Source: Allobaculum fili
GTDB taxonomy: Bacteria; Bacillota_I; Bacilli_A; Erysipelotrichales; Erysipelotrichaceae
DNA length: 14,893 bases
Assembly: GCF_020969955.1 (NCBI RefSeq)
Contig: NZ_JAHDSX010000052.1
Location: forward strand, 1-14,893
Reading direction: 5' to 3'
Under the pieces are notes generated by a model. That model was given only the letters and a program-made list of their open reading frames with translations, made no database searches and was not told where the DNA came from. A program made the translations under genes and the position numbers. How positions within the stretch are numbered: position 1 is the first letter of the stretch; each line of letters begins with the position of its first letter. This document shows positions 1-9,300 of this stretch, one piece after another.

Positions 1-111
1 GCGGTAGATGTATTGAAGTCACTTCTGCCGTATTCAAAGGATTTACCTGAATATCTTCGAATTGGATACCGTGGACCGGATCCGAAGTATGAAGAAAACG
101 ATGAAGAATAA
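1..111 (+). CDS. 3' end of a CDS entering from the left edge (36 codons + TAA); product uncertain, tail weakly resembles IS66-family (ISBst12-like) transposase C-termini
   Basis: Frame 1 is open from base 1 to TAA at 109-111: AVDVLKSLLPYSKDLPEYLRIGYRGPDPKYEENDEE*. Bases 78-111 recur in inverted orientation at 14860-14893. The LLPYSxxLPE string resembles the LLPW(S/N)xxLP tail I recall for the IS66 C-terminal domain (recalled, not searched). Confidence 0.5.
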   Translation, partial: AVDVLKSLLPYSKDLPEYLRIGYRGPDPKYEENDEE

Positions 112-201
112 AAAATACGCCAAGCGGAATCTCGAAAGGGATCCCGTTTAGCGTATCTAATATTCAGTCTCGCGTATACCCGTCGATTGTTTGACACTTA
201 C
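78..201. repeat. Left arm of a long inverted repeat (partner 14770-14893)
   Basis: Base-by-base reverse-complement comparison gives 123/124 identical. The only difference is A128 versus the G-equivalent of C14843. Identity ends at 201/14770. It may extend leftward, because the right arm is cut by the window end. Confidence 0.95.
110..156 (-). terminator. Hairpin plus T-tract inside the left repeat arm, oriented to stop minus-strand transcripts leaving the bracketed block
   Basis: ATACGC(115-120) CAAG CGGAATC(125-131), loop TCGAAAGG, GATCCCG(140-146) TTTA GCGTAT(151-156). On the minus strand the hairpin is followed by TTTTT (complement of 110-114). On the plus strand it is followed by the U-poor CTAATATTC. 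Confidence 0.4.
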
Positions 202-231
202 GTTCCGTCCAGTCCCCTCCGTTTTGGGCAC

Positions 232-266
232 AAAAAAACCCGGCATGACCTCAACGGGTCATACCG
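232..266 (-). terminator. Rho-independent terminator of the ABC importer operon
   Basis: On the minus strand, CGGTATGACC (266-257) pairs with GGTCATGCCG (250-241) with one mismatch and loop CGTTGA. It is followed by GG + TTTTTTT (complement of 232-240) and lies about 40 nt after the ATPase stop at 307. Confidence 0.8.
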
Positions 267-306
267 AGCGATTTAAATTCAGATTGAAGAGAGAACAGAG
301 TCGGTT

Positions 307-1059
307 CTAGTCTTCTTTTTCAAGCGTCGTCTGGCGAAAGCGGGAAAGGAACTGTTTCGTTCTTTCGTTTTTCGGATGTTCGAAGACTTCATCCGGCGTG
401 CCTTCTTCGGCGATGACGCCCTGATCCATGAAAATGACGCGATCGGATACATCTTTCGCAAACTGCATTTCATGCGTTACGACGATCATCGTCAGACCGG
501 ACTTGGCCAGGTCTTTCATGACTTCGAGAACTTCGCCGACCATTTCCGGGTCGAGCGCGGACGTCGGTTCATCGAACAGCAGCACTTCCGGATCCATGGA
601 CAGTGCTCTGGCAATCGCGACGCGCTGTTTCTGACCGCCGGAAAGCTTGGTGGCTCCCTTATCGAGGAAGTTCGACATACCTACGCGATCGAGATGCGTT
701 TTGGCGATGGCGACCGCTTCTTCCCTGGAGCGCTTGAGCACCTTGCGCTGACCGAGAACACAGTTGTCCAGAACGCTCTTGTTCTGAAAGAGGTTGAAGT
801 TCTGGAAAACCATGCCGACTTTCGAACGATAGCCGTTCAGATCGCCTTTGAGAATGTCCTGACCGTGGAACGTGATCGTTCCCGAATCCGGGATTTCGAG
901 CAGGTTGATGCAGCGAAGAAGCGTACTCTTGCCGGATCCCGAAGATCCGATGATGGAGACTACTTCGCCTTTGTTAATGGAGAAGTCGATATCGTGAAGA
1001 ACTTCCTGCTTGCCAAAGCTCTTCTTTAAATGACTGACACGAATTACAGGTTCACTCAT
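307..1059 (-). CDS. Polar amino acid ABC transporter ATP-binding protein (GlnQ/HisP-type)
   Basis: 250 aa. Walker [11 protein letters not shown]-loop [12 protein letters not shown] signature [15 protein letters not shown], Walker [13 protein letters not shown]-loop VVTHEM. GGAG sits 8 nt upstream. ATGA start/stop overlap with the permease gene (1056-1059). Confidence 0.95.
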   Translation of the reverse strand: MSEPVIRVSHLKKSFGKQEVLHDIDFSINKGEVVSIIGSSGSGKSTLLRCINLLEIPDSGTITFHGQDILKGDLNGYRSKVGMVFQNFNLFQNKSVLDNCVLGQRKVLKRSREEAVAIAKTHLDRVGMSNFLDKGATKLSGGQKQRVAIARALSMDPEVLLFDEPTSALDPEMVGEVLEVMKDLAKSGLTMIVVTHEMQFAKDVSDRVIFMDQGVIAEEGTPDEVFEHPKNERTKQFLSRFRQTTLEKED

Positions 1060-1802
1060 GAGGACATCTCCATGAAAAGTTTCTTCTTTTCTTTTCCTTC
1101 GTTTTCGCGGGCGTTCATCCTGCGCTCAATGAAGCTGAGCAGCCAGGTAGCGAGCGTCGTAAGAACCAGATACAGAACGGCTGTATCGAGGTAAATTTCC
1201 GCGAAACGCATGTTGCTTCCCGCGATGGAAGACGACTGGAAGAACAGCTCCGTTACGGAAATAGCGTTCATCATGCAGGAGTCTTTCAGATTGACGATCA
1301 GCTGGTTGCCGATAGCCGGGAAGGTATTTTTGATGGCCTGCGGGAAAATAACCGAGACCATGGCCTGGAAGCTGGACATGCCGACCGCTTTGCAGGCTTC
1401 TAACTGGCCGGGATCTACGGACTGGATGCCAGAACGCAGAATTTCAGCCATGTAGGCGCCGGTGTTGATCGAGATGATCACAAAACCGGCCGTAATCGCA
1501 TTCCAGTGAATGACTGGAAGCAGAAGGTAATAAATGAAGCAGGCCTGAATCATCATCGGCGTACCGCGGAAAACCCAGATGTACAGGCCGGTGATGCCGC
1601 GTCCGAACTTCTTCAGTCCTTTCATGAAGGAAGAATCGAGCGGATCAACAGGAACGGAGCGGATGGCGCCGACAATCAGACCGATCAGAAAACCGAACAC
1701 TGTGCCGACGATCGCAAAGGCGATCGTAACTTCGACACCGTGCCAGAACATCGGCCAGTTATTGACGAGCGCCCGCCAGGCGTAAGACCAGTCAATACTC
1801 AT
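1056..1802 (-). CDS. Polar amino acid ABC transporter permease (HisM/GlnP family)
   Basis: 248 aa, multi-helix hydrophobic protein. It carries an EAA-type loop, [33 protein letters not shown], typical of His/Glu/Gln/Arg-family permeases. It starts 5 nt after the SBP stop and overlaps the ATPase start by 4 nt. Confidence 0.92.
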   Translation of the reverse strand: MSIDWSYAWRALVNNWPMFWHGVEVTIAFAIVGTVFGFLIGLIVGAIRSVPVDPLDSSFMKGLKKFGRGITGLYIWVFRGTPMMIQACFIYYLLLPVIHWNAITAGFVIISINTGAYMAEILRSGIQSVDPGQLEACKAVGMSSFQAMVSVIFPQAIKNTFPAIGNQLIVNLKDSCMMNAISVTELFFQSSSIAGSNMRFAEIYLDTAVLYLVLTTLATWLLSFIERRMNARENEGKEKKKLFMEMSS

Positions 1803-1807
1803 ACGGC

Positions 1808-2638
1808 TTATTCACCAGTCGTCGGCGCGTTCAGTACGGCATCCTGCATCATGGATTCGCGCTCTTCGGTTGTGATTTTGTCTAAAGCGTCCTGAACGGC
1901 TTTGAAGCTTTCGGTATCGCGGGTATTGTTTTTCAGACCGATGGATACGGATGTATCGACATCAAAGCCCTTGCCGTCTTCAAACGTGATGTACGTCAGA
2001 TCCGGGTTGGCCTGCACGATACCTTTGGCAACCGGAAGCTCAGCGGTAATCGCTTCGGCTTCTCCGGACTGCAGAGCCAGAATCAGCTCCGGATAGCGTG
2101 CTTTTGGAACGACGTGGATAACGCCGTCGATCTGATCGATGACGGTATCGTAGTTGGTGTTTTTCTGGCCGATGACTTTGTGGCCGGAGAACTGCTGAAT
2201 ATCGGTAAAGGAAGCGGCTTCGGAATCCTTCGGTACGATCATGACCATTTCGCTTTCGGAATACGGGGTTGTGAAGTCAATGCCTTCTTCACGTTCTTCG
2301 TTTGCGGTCATTCCGGCAACGATGGCATCAATTTCACCGGATTCAAGGGCTGGCTGCAGGCCGTCCCAGTCGATTTTTTTAATGACAAGATCCTTGCCCA
2401 TTTCGTCGGCGAGCTTGCGGGAAATGCGAACGTCGTAGCCGTCGCAGTAGCCGGCGCCGCTGGCCAGAGGAACCGTCGTATCGGTTTCGGTTGTGGTCTG
2501 CCAGTTAAACGGGGCGTAGCCGCATTCCATGCCGACGGTAAAGGTATTGGAACTGTCGCTGGTCTGCGCTGGTGCAGATGAGCATCCGGCAAGCATCATC
2601 ATGGCAATGGCCGCTGCTGCAATCGATGATTTTTTCAT
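1808..2638 (-). CDS. Amino acid ABC transporter substrate-binding lipoprotein (SBP_bac_3 / type 2 PBP); predicted lysine-related from the upstream leader
   Basis: 276 aa. Signal peptide with lipobox MMMLAGC|SS. Motifs of family-3 SBPs are present: GYAPFNW, DGYDV, IDWDGLQPALESGEIDAIVAGMT. AAGGAG lies 9 nt upstream of the ATG at 2638. Confidence 0.9.
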   Translation of the reverse strand: MKKSSIAAAAIAMMMLAGCSSAPAQTSDSSNTFTVGMECGYAPFNWQTTTETDTTVPLASGAGYCDGYDVRISRKLADEMGKDLVIKKIDWDGLQPALESGEIDAIVAGMTANEEREEGIDFTTPYSESEMVMIVPKDSEAASFTDIQQFSGHKVIGQKNTNYDTVIDQIDGVIHVVPKARYPELILALQSGEAEAITAELPVAKGIVQANPDLTYITFEDGKGFDVDTSVSIGLKNNTRDTESFKAVQDALDKITTEERESMMQDAVLNAPTTGE

Positions 2639-2677
2639 GTATTTTTCTTCTCCTTATTCAAACGAAAATCAGAAATG

Positions 2678-2700
2678 AAAAAAACTGCGGTATCCGCAGT
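2678..2700 (-). terminator. Intrinsic terminator/attenuator between the riboswitch-like leader and the SBP start codon
   Basis: Minus strand: ACTGCGG ATA CCGCAGT followed by TTTTTT. It sits immediately 3' of the aptamer-like region and about 40 nt upstream of the SBP ATG, which is the classical OFF-switch layout. Confidence 0.8.
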
Positions 2701-2711
2701 CAAAAAGATGA

Positions 2712-2876
2712 AGTTAAGATAACACCTCTTCGACCGAAGGAGTCTGCAAAGTATTTCCCTGCAGCCCAAGATCAGCCCCTGCCGGACCTGTCTTTCGGCG
2801 ATGATTGCCTTTCCCTTTCTTCTTCGAATGCCTTCTCCAAAAGGTACTATTCTGCACCGCTGCCTCTATCTTTTTC
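2712..2876 (-). promoter_or_regulatory. Lysine (L-box) riboswitch-like aptamer in the 5' leader of the ABC operon
   Basis: The minus-strand leader reads AAGATAGAGGCAGC..GAATAGTACCTTTTGGAGAAGG..GAAGAAAGGGAAAGGCAATCATCGCCGAAAGACAGG..CTGCAGGGAAATACTTTGCAG..GGTCGAAG..TATCTT. These blocks match, in order, the ones I recall from B. subtilis lysC and T. maritima L-boxes: AGAGG(Y)GC, (G)AGUA, CCUUUGGAGA, GAAAGG, CGCCGAAG, the P5 hairpin with GGAAUAC-like loop, and the 3' (U)GUCA-AG. P1 candidate is AAGATA (2872-2867) with TATCTT (2721-2716). Not verified with a covariance model. Confidence 0.7.
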
Positions 2877-2896
2877 CTGTTTCGTATGTTGCACTC

Positions 2897-2925
2897 ATAC
2901 TAGCAAGCCCCCGATAGCCTGTCAA
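2897..2925 (-). promoter_or_regulatory. Sigma-A/sigma-70-type promoter of the riboswitch-ABC operon
   Basis: Minus strand: TTGACA (2925-2920), a 17-nt spacer, then TAGTAT (2902-2897). It lies about 20 nt upstream of the aptamer P1. Confidence 0.75.
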
Positions 2926-3253
2926 ACGGATCCCCCAAAAATCCAGAACCGGCACCCTCACGGCGCAAAAAGGACGGGATTTTCTCCTTTTGAACACTCT
3001 TTCCTGAAAAAAAGTCCTTTATTCTCATTCTGTCTGCTTTCCTCAACCAATCAGTTTGCCATCGTTCATCCTTGCCGGACAGAACCAAAACTTTATAGCC
3101 GTTCGCCTTTTCGCTCGGTCTGCGCATCCGCCCTTTGGACCGTCCTTTCCCATGTCGTCTGAAATTGTCGTTTGAAATCGTTCCGCGAAAACGGCTGCTT
3201 CAAAAAACGAATAGACAATCCGCAATGAGAATACGTCCATTTTTAAACATCCG

Positions 3254-3282
3254 TTGAATGTAACCGCTTAACCGGCCAAAAT
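3254..3282 (+). promoter_or_regulatory. Candidate promoter of the large glycoside hydrolase gene (weak)
   Basis: TTGAAT (3254-3259), a 17-nt spacer, then CAAAAT (3277-3282), about 100 nt upstream of the ATG at 3382. The -10 is a poor match and other placements are possible. Confidence 0.25.
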
Positions 3283-3381
3283 AAAGAAGATGGAGCCGCT
3301 TGCCTCTGTTCCCCCGGCCTGTGCGTTTTCAGGCCATGCAGACCCGGGCGGCTTCTTGCTGAAAAGCAGGAAAGGAAAGAT

Positions 3382-6300
3382 ATGAACAAAAGGTACAGAC
3401 TGCTCAGTCTGCTCTGTTCCGGCGCCATGGCGATGCAAAGCATTTCCGCTTTTGTACTCCCGATTTCGGCTGCAGAAAGCGCTCCGGATCAGACGGTTCG
3501 CGTACAGGCTGCCAAAGCGTCTCCGTTTCACGATACGGACGGCGACGGCCTGGGCGAATTCGAAGGCTGGGGCACTTCGCTTTGCTGGTGGGCCAACCGC
3601 ATCGGCTCAAGCGAAGCCCTGACTTCGGACACGGCAGAGAAGTTTTTCTCCGATGACGGACTCGATCTGAACATCGGCCGCTACAACCTGGGCGGCGGAG
3701 ACAGCACGATCGCTTCGCTCTCTCCAAACGAAAACGCCGTTCTGTGCACGCTCGAAGAAGGAAGCGCGCCGTCCTTTGGCGGATCCAAAATGCAGATTTC
3801 TTCGAAGACGTACAACGATTCGACGCGCTGGCAGAAAACGGACCGCGATCTCGGACTTCTCAAAGGCGCAAAGCTTGGCACTCTTAAGGAAATCGGCTGG
3901 ATCGGACCGATCAACGGCACGGTAGGCAATGCGGACATGCTGACGTATACCGTTCAGGCAGAAAAAACCGGAACGTATACCGTCAAAGTGCTGGTTAAAC
4001 TGGACGGTACGCACAACCGCGGCGTTTCCCTGCAAGTCAATCACGACAAAATTTACTCCGCTTCCACAGAGGAAATCGAAAAGAACATCATGGCCGTACA
4101 GGGGAACGTGAAATTTTATATAGCCGTTCTCGAAAATGTGGAACTGGCTCAGGGCGAAAACACGCTGCAGCTTGGAGGAAACACAGCTTCTTCCAACACG
4201 TACATGCACGACTACATCGAGATGGCGGTCATCCCGGAGGATCAGGTTCTCGAAGACGGCACGCAGGATCCCGGACTGCATCAGAGCCACATTATTCGCT
4301 CGGACTCCGCAGTCCCCGGCTACTGCACCAACATCACCCCGATCGTCATTACCGAGGAACACCCGCTCAGCTGGTATGTAGAAAACTTCACCCGGGCCGA
4401 TCCAGACTGCGGATATGCCTGGAACTATGACTGGGAGGCCGACAAGGATCAGCTGAACGTGCTCAAGGCGGCGTCTTCGGCGTCCGGTCAGGATTTCATT
4501 GCGGAAATTTTCTCCAATTCCCCGCCGTATTTCATGACGGAATCGCTCTGCTCTTCCGGAAACTACACCGCCAGTCAGAACAACCTGCGCACAGACAGCT
4601 ACGACGCCTTTGCAACGTACATGGCAGATGTCATCGAACATCTCCATCAAAACGGAGTGACGTTTGAGAGCGCGTCGGCGTTTAACGAACCGAATACCGA
4701 TTACTGGGGCGCCTATTCCAGCAAACAGGAAGGCTGCCATTTCGACGCAAACGCCATTTCGCAGATTCTGGTCCGTCTCAACGCAAAGCTGGAAGAAAAG
4801 AACATTGATCTCCAGCTGAGCGCGTCTGATGAAACGAGCATCGATACGCAGATCACCACGTACAACGCACTCAGCAGCGAAGCAAAAACCGTAGTCGATC
4901 GCATCGATACGCACACGTATGGCGGGAGCAACCGTGCCGGTCTGCAGGCTTTAGCGAAAAAAGAAGAGAAAAATCTCTGGATGAGCGAAGTGGACGGCGG
5001 CTTTACCGCCGGAAGCAATGCCGGCGAAATGAGCGCGGCTTTAGGTCTTGGCAAGCGCATCATTACCGATGTCAACGGCCTCAACTGCTCCGCCTGGATT
5101 TTCTGGAATCTGATCGACAAGCATGCCGATAATTCCGAATACGGCCAGAGCTGGATTTCGTCTTCCAATGGCATTGATAAAGCCACGCTCGAAGATCTCG
5201 GCTGGAACGGTCAGACCGGCGGCTACTGGGGCGTCGCGGCTGCCGATCATAACACCGGCCGCCTTGCCCTTTCCATGAAGTACTACGGCTTTGGCCAGTT
5301 CACCCGCTACATCCGTCCGGGCTATACGATTCTCGCTTCCAGCGACAGTACGCTTTGCGCCTATGACCCCGACGAGCAGAAAGCCGTCATCGTCGCCATC
5401 AACGACAAAGCCGACGCACAGACGATGCAGTTCAACCTAGGCGATTTCAGTCATGCGCCAGGCAAGGTCACCGCGATCCGTACGAGCGGCTCAATGGAAG
5501 AGGGCGAAAAATGGAAAGACGTCAGCGAAGAAGCTCTCGCCTCGAAAGATGATCATTCCGTAACCGCAAATCTGAAAGCCAATTCCATTACGACGTACAT
5601 CATCGAAGGCATCGGCAAGCCAAAACGCATGCTGGAAGATAGCGGCGCTTTGCGTACCGATCTCTCCTTTGATGTCCAGGACGGAGAAAGCGCTCTGCGC
5701 GATCAGTCCGGCTATGGGCTGGATGCGCCTCTGACCAGCCTGGACAGTGCCGACAGCGCAAGCTATGGCGAAGCCTCGATTTTAAGCTTCAGCCAGAACG
5801 GCTACGTCACGCTGCCCAAGGGCATGATCGAAGACGGAAACGCCTTTACGATCAGCCTGAGCGCCTATGCGCCGCAGACATCCAGCCACTGGCTGCTGAC
5901 GCTTGGCAGCAAGGAAGGCGTATGGCCAAACGTCGACAACTATTTCTTCCTGACGCCAAAGAGCGGACAGGGCGGCTACACGGATAAAATTCTTGCCGCC
6001 ATCTCGCAAAGCGGTGAAACCCGTCTGCCCGTCAATACCGACAAAGTCGCCTCGAACACCGCGTTTAATACGTATACCATCGTCTCGGACGGTTATACGA
6101 TCACAGTGTATCTGGATGGCGAAAAAGTCACCGAACTCGACCACTCCAAAGACTGGAGCCAGATTTTAACCGGCGATCGCGACGGCTATATCGGAAAATC
6201 GCTTTATACGCCCGATCCTCTCTTCTCCGGTGCAGCAGCTTCCTTCAAAGTGTGGAACAAGGCCCTGAACAGCGAAGAGCTCGCACAGGCCTGGAAGGAA

Positions 6301-9300
6301 GAGCCCAATAAGGACGACTGCATGAAAGCCGCCCTGGCGCAGGCGATTTTAAACAAAAACAAGAGCGTCGATGCGATCGACTCCGATCTGAACTTACCAG
6401 CGCAGGTCTATGGACAGAACGTCACCTGGAGCGTTTCGGAAAATGATGCGATTTCCGCAGACGGCAAGTACACGATGCCGCTGGCCGATACGAAAGCAAG
6501 CATCACCGCAGCCTTCACCGGCACCGATACATCCTATGTTCTGGATCTGAACGTGCCCGGCGAAGATCCCGACAAAATTGTTTCGGATGCCAAAGCCGAA
6601 CTGTCCATTCCGAACGCCGACAACATCAAGGGAAACATCAGGCTGCCCGATCATCTGGGCAAAGCGTCGATTACCTGGTCGATGTCCGAATCGGGAAACG
6701 GCATTCTCGATCTGAGTGAAAAAGAAGCCAGCGTCCCTGGTTATGGCAAAGTTCCTGCCGGCGTCATCACCCGTCCGGCAAGCGATACGAACGTCACCTT
6801 AACCGCGACGATTTCCTACAAGAACACAACCGAAACCAAAGTCTTTGATCTGACGATCAAGGCCGCGCCGAAGCAGCAGGAAATGACGGATTATTTCTTC
6901 GCCTATTTCACCGGCGAAGGAAAAGCCGACGGCGAACAGATTTACTTCTCCGCCAGCCAGGACGGCCTGAACTGGAACGACCTCAACGACGGCAAGCCTT
7001 CGCTCGTATCGTCTCTGGGCGAAAAAGGCGTCCGAGACCCGTACATTTTGCGTTCTCCCGAAGGCGACAAGTTTTACATCATCGCCACCGATCTCAAAAT
7101 CAACGGCAACGGAAACTGGGATCGCGCCCAGAAAGCCGGCTCGCAAAGCCTGCTCGTCTGGGAATCCGATGACCTCATCGACTGGGGCGAACCGCGTCTG
7201 GTCGAAGTGTCTGCATCGATTGATGCCGGATGCACCTGGGCCCCGGAAGCTGCGTACGATCCGCTGACGGGCGAATACATCGTCTACTGGTCCAGCAAAG
7301 TCAAAGGCGACAATTACGCCAAGCAGCGCGTCTACTATACCCGTACCCGTGACTTCTGCACGTTCAGCGAGCCGCAAGTATGGATCGACAAGGATCAGTC
7401 TTCAATCGATACGACCGTTATTGCTCATAACAATGCCTACTACCGTCTGACCAAAAACGAAGGCGGCGAAACGAACAGTCTAGGCGCGAAAACCAAGACG
7501 CTGTTCCTGGAAAAATCCGATACGCTTCTTGGCGAGTACACCCACATCGCTTCCGATTCGCTCAACGCCAACCAGTATGTCGAAGGTCCGGCCATTTACA
7601 AGCTCAACGCCGACGACAGCGCCAGCGACAAATGGATCCTGCTGGCGGATGACTTTGGCGGCATCGGCTACTACCCGCTTGAAATTTCCGATCTGGACTC
7701 GGGCACTTTCACAAAACTTGAAAGCGGCTTTAAGATGCCGTCCGGCGCCCGTCACGGAACGCCGATCGCCATTTCGGCCGAAGAATACGACCGCCTGATG
7801 AAAGCAAACGGCCAGGCGGAACCCGTAAACACCTGGTATTCGACATCCTCCAAGAGCGGTCTGCCCGAAACCGTCACCATCGGTCATTCCAGCTATCCGG
7901 TGACATGGCAAAACGAAGATTTGTGGAGCAGTCATAAAGCCTTCGATACGGTTACGATTAGCGGCACTGCCGTTCTGGATGAAGCGAAAAACGAGACTAT
8001 GAAGGTTTTCGCTTCCGTTCAGCTGATTCCGGAAAACATGGAATACATGATCGATTGCAACAACCCCGACTCGCTTTCCCACAAATACGCTCTCGCGTCT
8101 TCTTCCCAGATGAAAAACACCGTCAGCGAACAAGTCAAAACGGACGAAAACACATGGGGATCGCTCTCGAGAATCGGCGAAAACAGCGGCGATGTCGACA
8201 TGGTCGCCTTCTCCCAGACCAGTCTGGAAAACCCGTATACCGGCGGATACTGGGCGCGAGGCGGCAAGACGATTTCGTATGCGCTGACGCTTCCTAAAGG
8301 CGACCATACGATTTACGTCGGCGTCAACGGCTGGTGGAGCGTCAGCCGCACGATGAAACTGGACGTGACGACATCCAAAGGCACTTCCAAACTCATGGAC
8401 TGCAACGTCACCAGTTCGAAAGAAACGCTGCACAGCGCCAATATTCATCTTGATCAGGAAGAAACGATTACCCTGACCCTTTCCAAAACGGACAATCAGG
8501 ATCCGATTCTTTCCTGGATCGGCGTTTCCCTTAAGACCAGCCCCGATAAGACCCAGCTCGAATCCCTGCTTGCCGAAGTATCGGCCCTGAATGAAACCGA
8601 CTGGACACCTTCGACCTGGAGCGCCCTGCAGGCGAAACGGGAAGCCGCCCAGAATACAGTTTCTAATCCGAATGCGAGTGAGGAGGACGTCAGGGCTGCA
8701 CTCTCCGCACTGCAGGCAGCCAGAGACGCGCTGAAGCGCCAGTGGAGCGTCACCTTCAAAAACGGAACAACTGTCCTGAAGAAGGCGTATGTCGAAGACG
8801 GCCAGAGTGCTGAAACGCTCGCTCCAGCCGCTTCGGAGGTTACTGTTCCCGAGGGCAAAGTGTTCATAGGCTGGACGCCTGCGTTTGGACCGGTTCATGC
8901 CATGAAGGAATACACCCCTGTCTTTGAAGACGCGCCAATCGTGGTGGATAAGGAGGCTTTGCAGGCACGCGTCGATGCGATTGAAGCGGAACAGCTTGCT
9001 CTGCGTCCCGATGAAAATCACAGCTATGTAAAAGCTTCATTTGAAGCGCTGAATACCGCTCTGGATCAGGCAAAACGCGTTCTGAATGACAGCGACGCCC
9101 AACAGAAGACGGTCGATGCCGCGCTCGAATCGCTTAATACCGCCCGTTCGAATCTCACGCTGGTCGACCTGACGTTTGTCCGGCTGACCCATAACAAGTA
9201 TGAGTCGCTCAACCTGTCGCTCTTTAAGGCGGATGGAAAAGCGGCTCTTACAGAGGCTGCATCGGCTGCCAAAGCGCAGATCGACAATCCGACCAGTCAG

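Larger units (their letters stand above)
1..201 (+). mobile_element. Possible right end of an IS element (IS66-family-like), truncated by the window edge
   Basis: Gene tail, hairpin and 45 bp end at a sharp homology boundary at 201. Read from outside, the terminus is 5'-GTAAGTGTCAAACAATCGACGG. IS66-family inverted repeats characteristically start with GTAA(GCG). An inverted copy lies at the other end of the window. Confidence 0.35.

Noticed and set aside
376-1029. 217-aa plus-strand ORF overlapping the ABC ATPase gene
   Set aside because: It is antisense to a CDS with complete Walker A/B, signature and H-loop motifs. Its own translation has no recognisable features.
2700-2880. Alternative identities for the ABC operon leader (T-box, SAM/S-box, glycine riboswitch)
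   Set aside because: - There is no T-box sequence (AANNNGGGUGGNACCGCG) before the terminator.
- No S-box blocks are present (CTTATCAAGAG, GGTGCCAATTCC).
- The GGAGA...CGCCGAAAG pair superficially resembles a glycine aptamer, but the CUCAGGCAAAAGGAC-type 3' block is missing.
- The L-box-specific AGAGG.GC, AGUA and GAAAGG blocks are present.
2572-3162. 196-aa plus-strand ORF spanning the SBP start, the riboswitch-like leader and the promoter region
   Set aside because: It begins inside the SBP gene on the wrong strand, crosses the terminator, riboswitch and promoter, and has no RBS and a low-complexity translation. The region is better explained as non-coding regulatory DNA.
3160-3183. Direct half-repeats TGAAATTGTCGTT / TGAAATCGTTCC upstream of the hydrolase gene, considered as a CcpA cre site or LacI-type operator
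   Set aside because: Neither copy fits the cre consensus TGWAANCGNTNWCA (three or more mismatches in the 3' half), and there is no dyad symmetry. The evidence is too weak to call.
3607-4914. 435-aa ORF antisense to the GH30 part of the large hydrolase gene
   Set aside because: It lies fully inside a CDS with strong domain evidence on the other strand. Its translation is Arg/Gly/Val/Phe-rich with no recognisable motifs and no convincing RBS. This is the typical stop-codon-poor antisense frame of a moderately GC-rich gene.
7480-9021. 513-aa ORF antisense to the GH43/CBM/FIVAR part of the large hydrolase gene
   Set aside because: Same reasoning: a shadow ORF with low-complexity R/G/F/V composition and no motifs, while the sense strand carries coherent domain signatures throughout.
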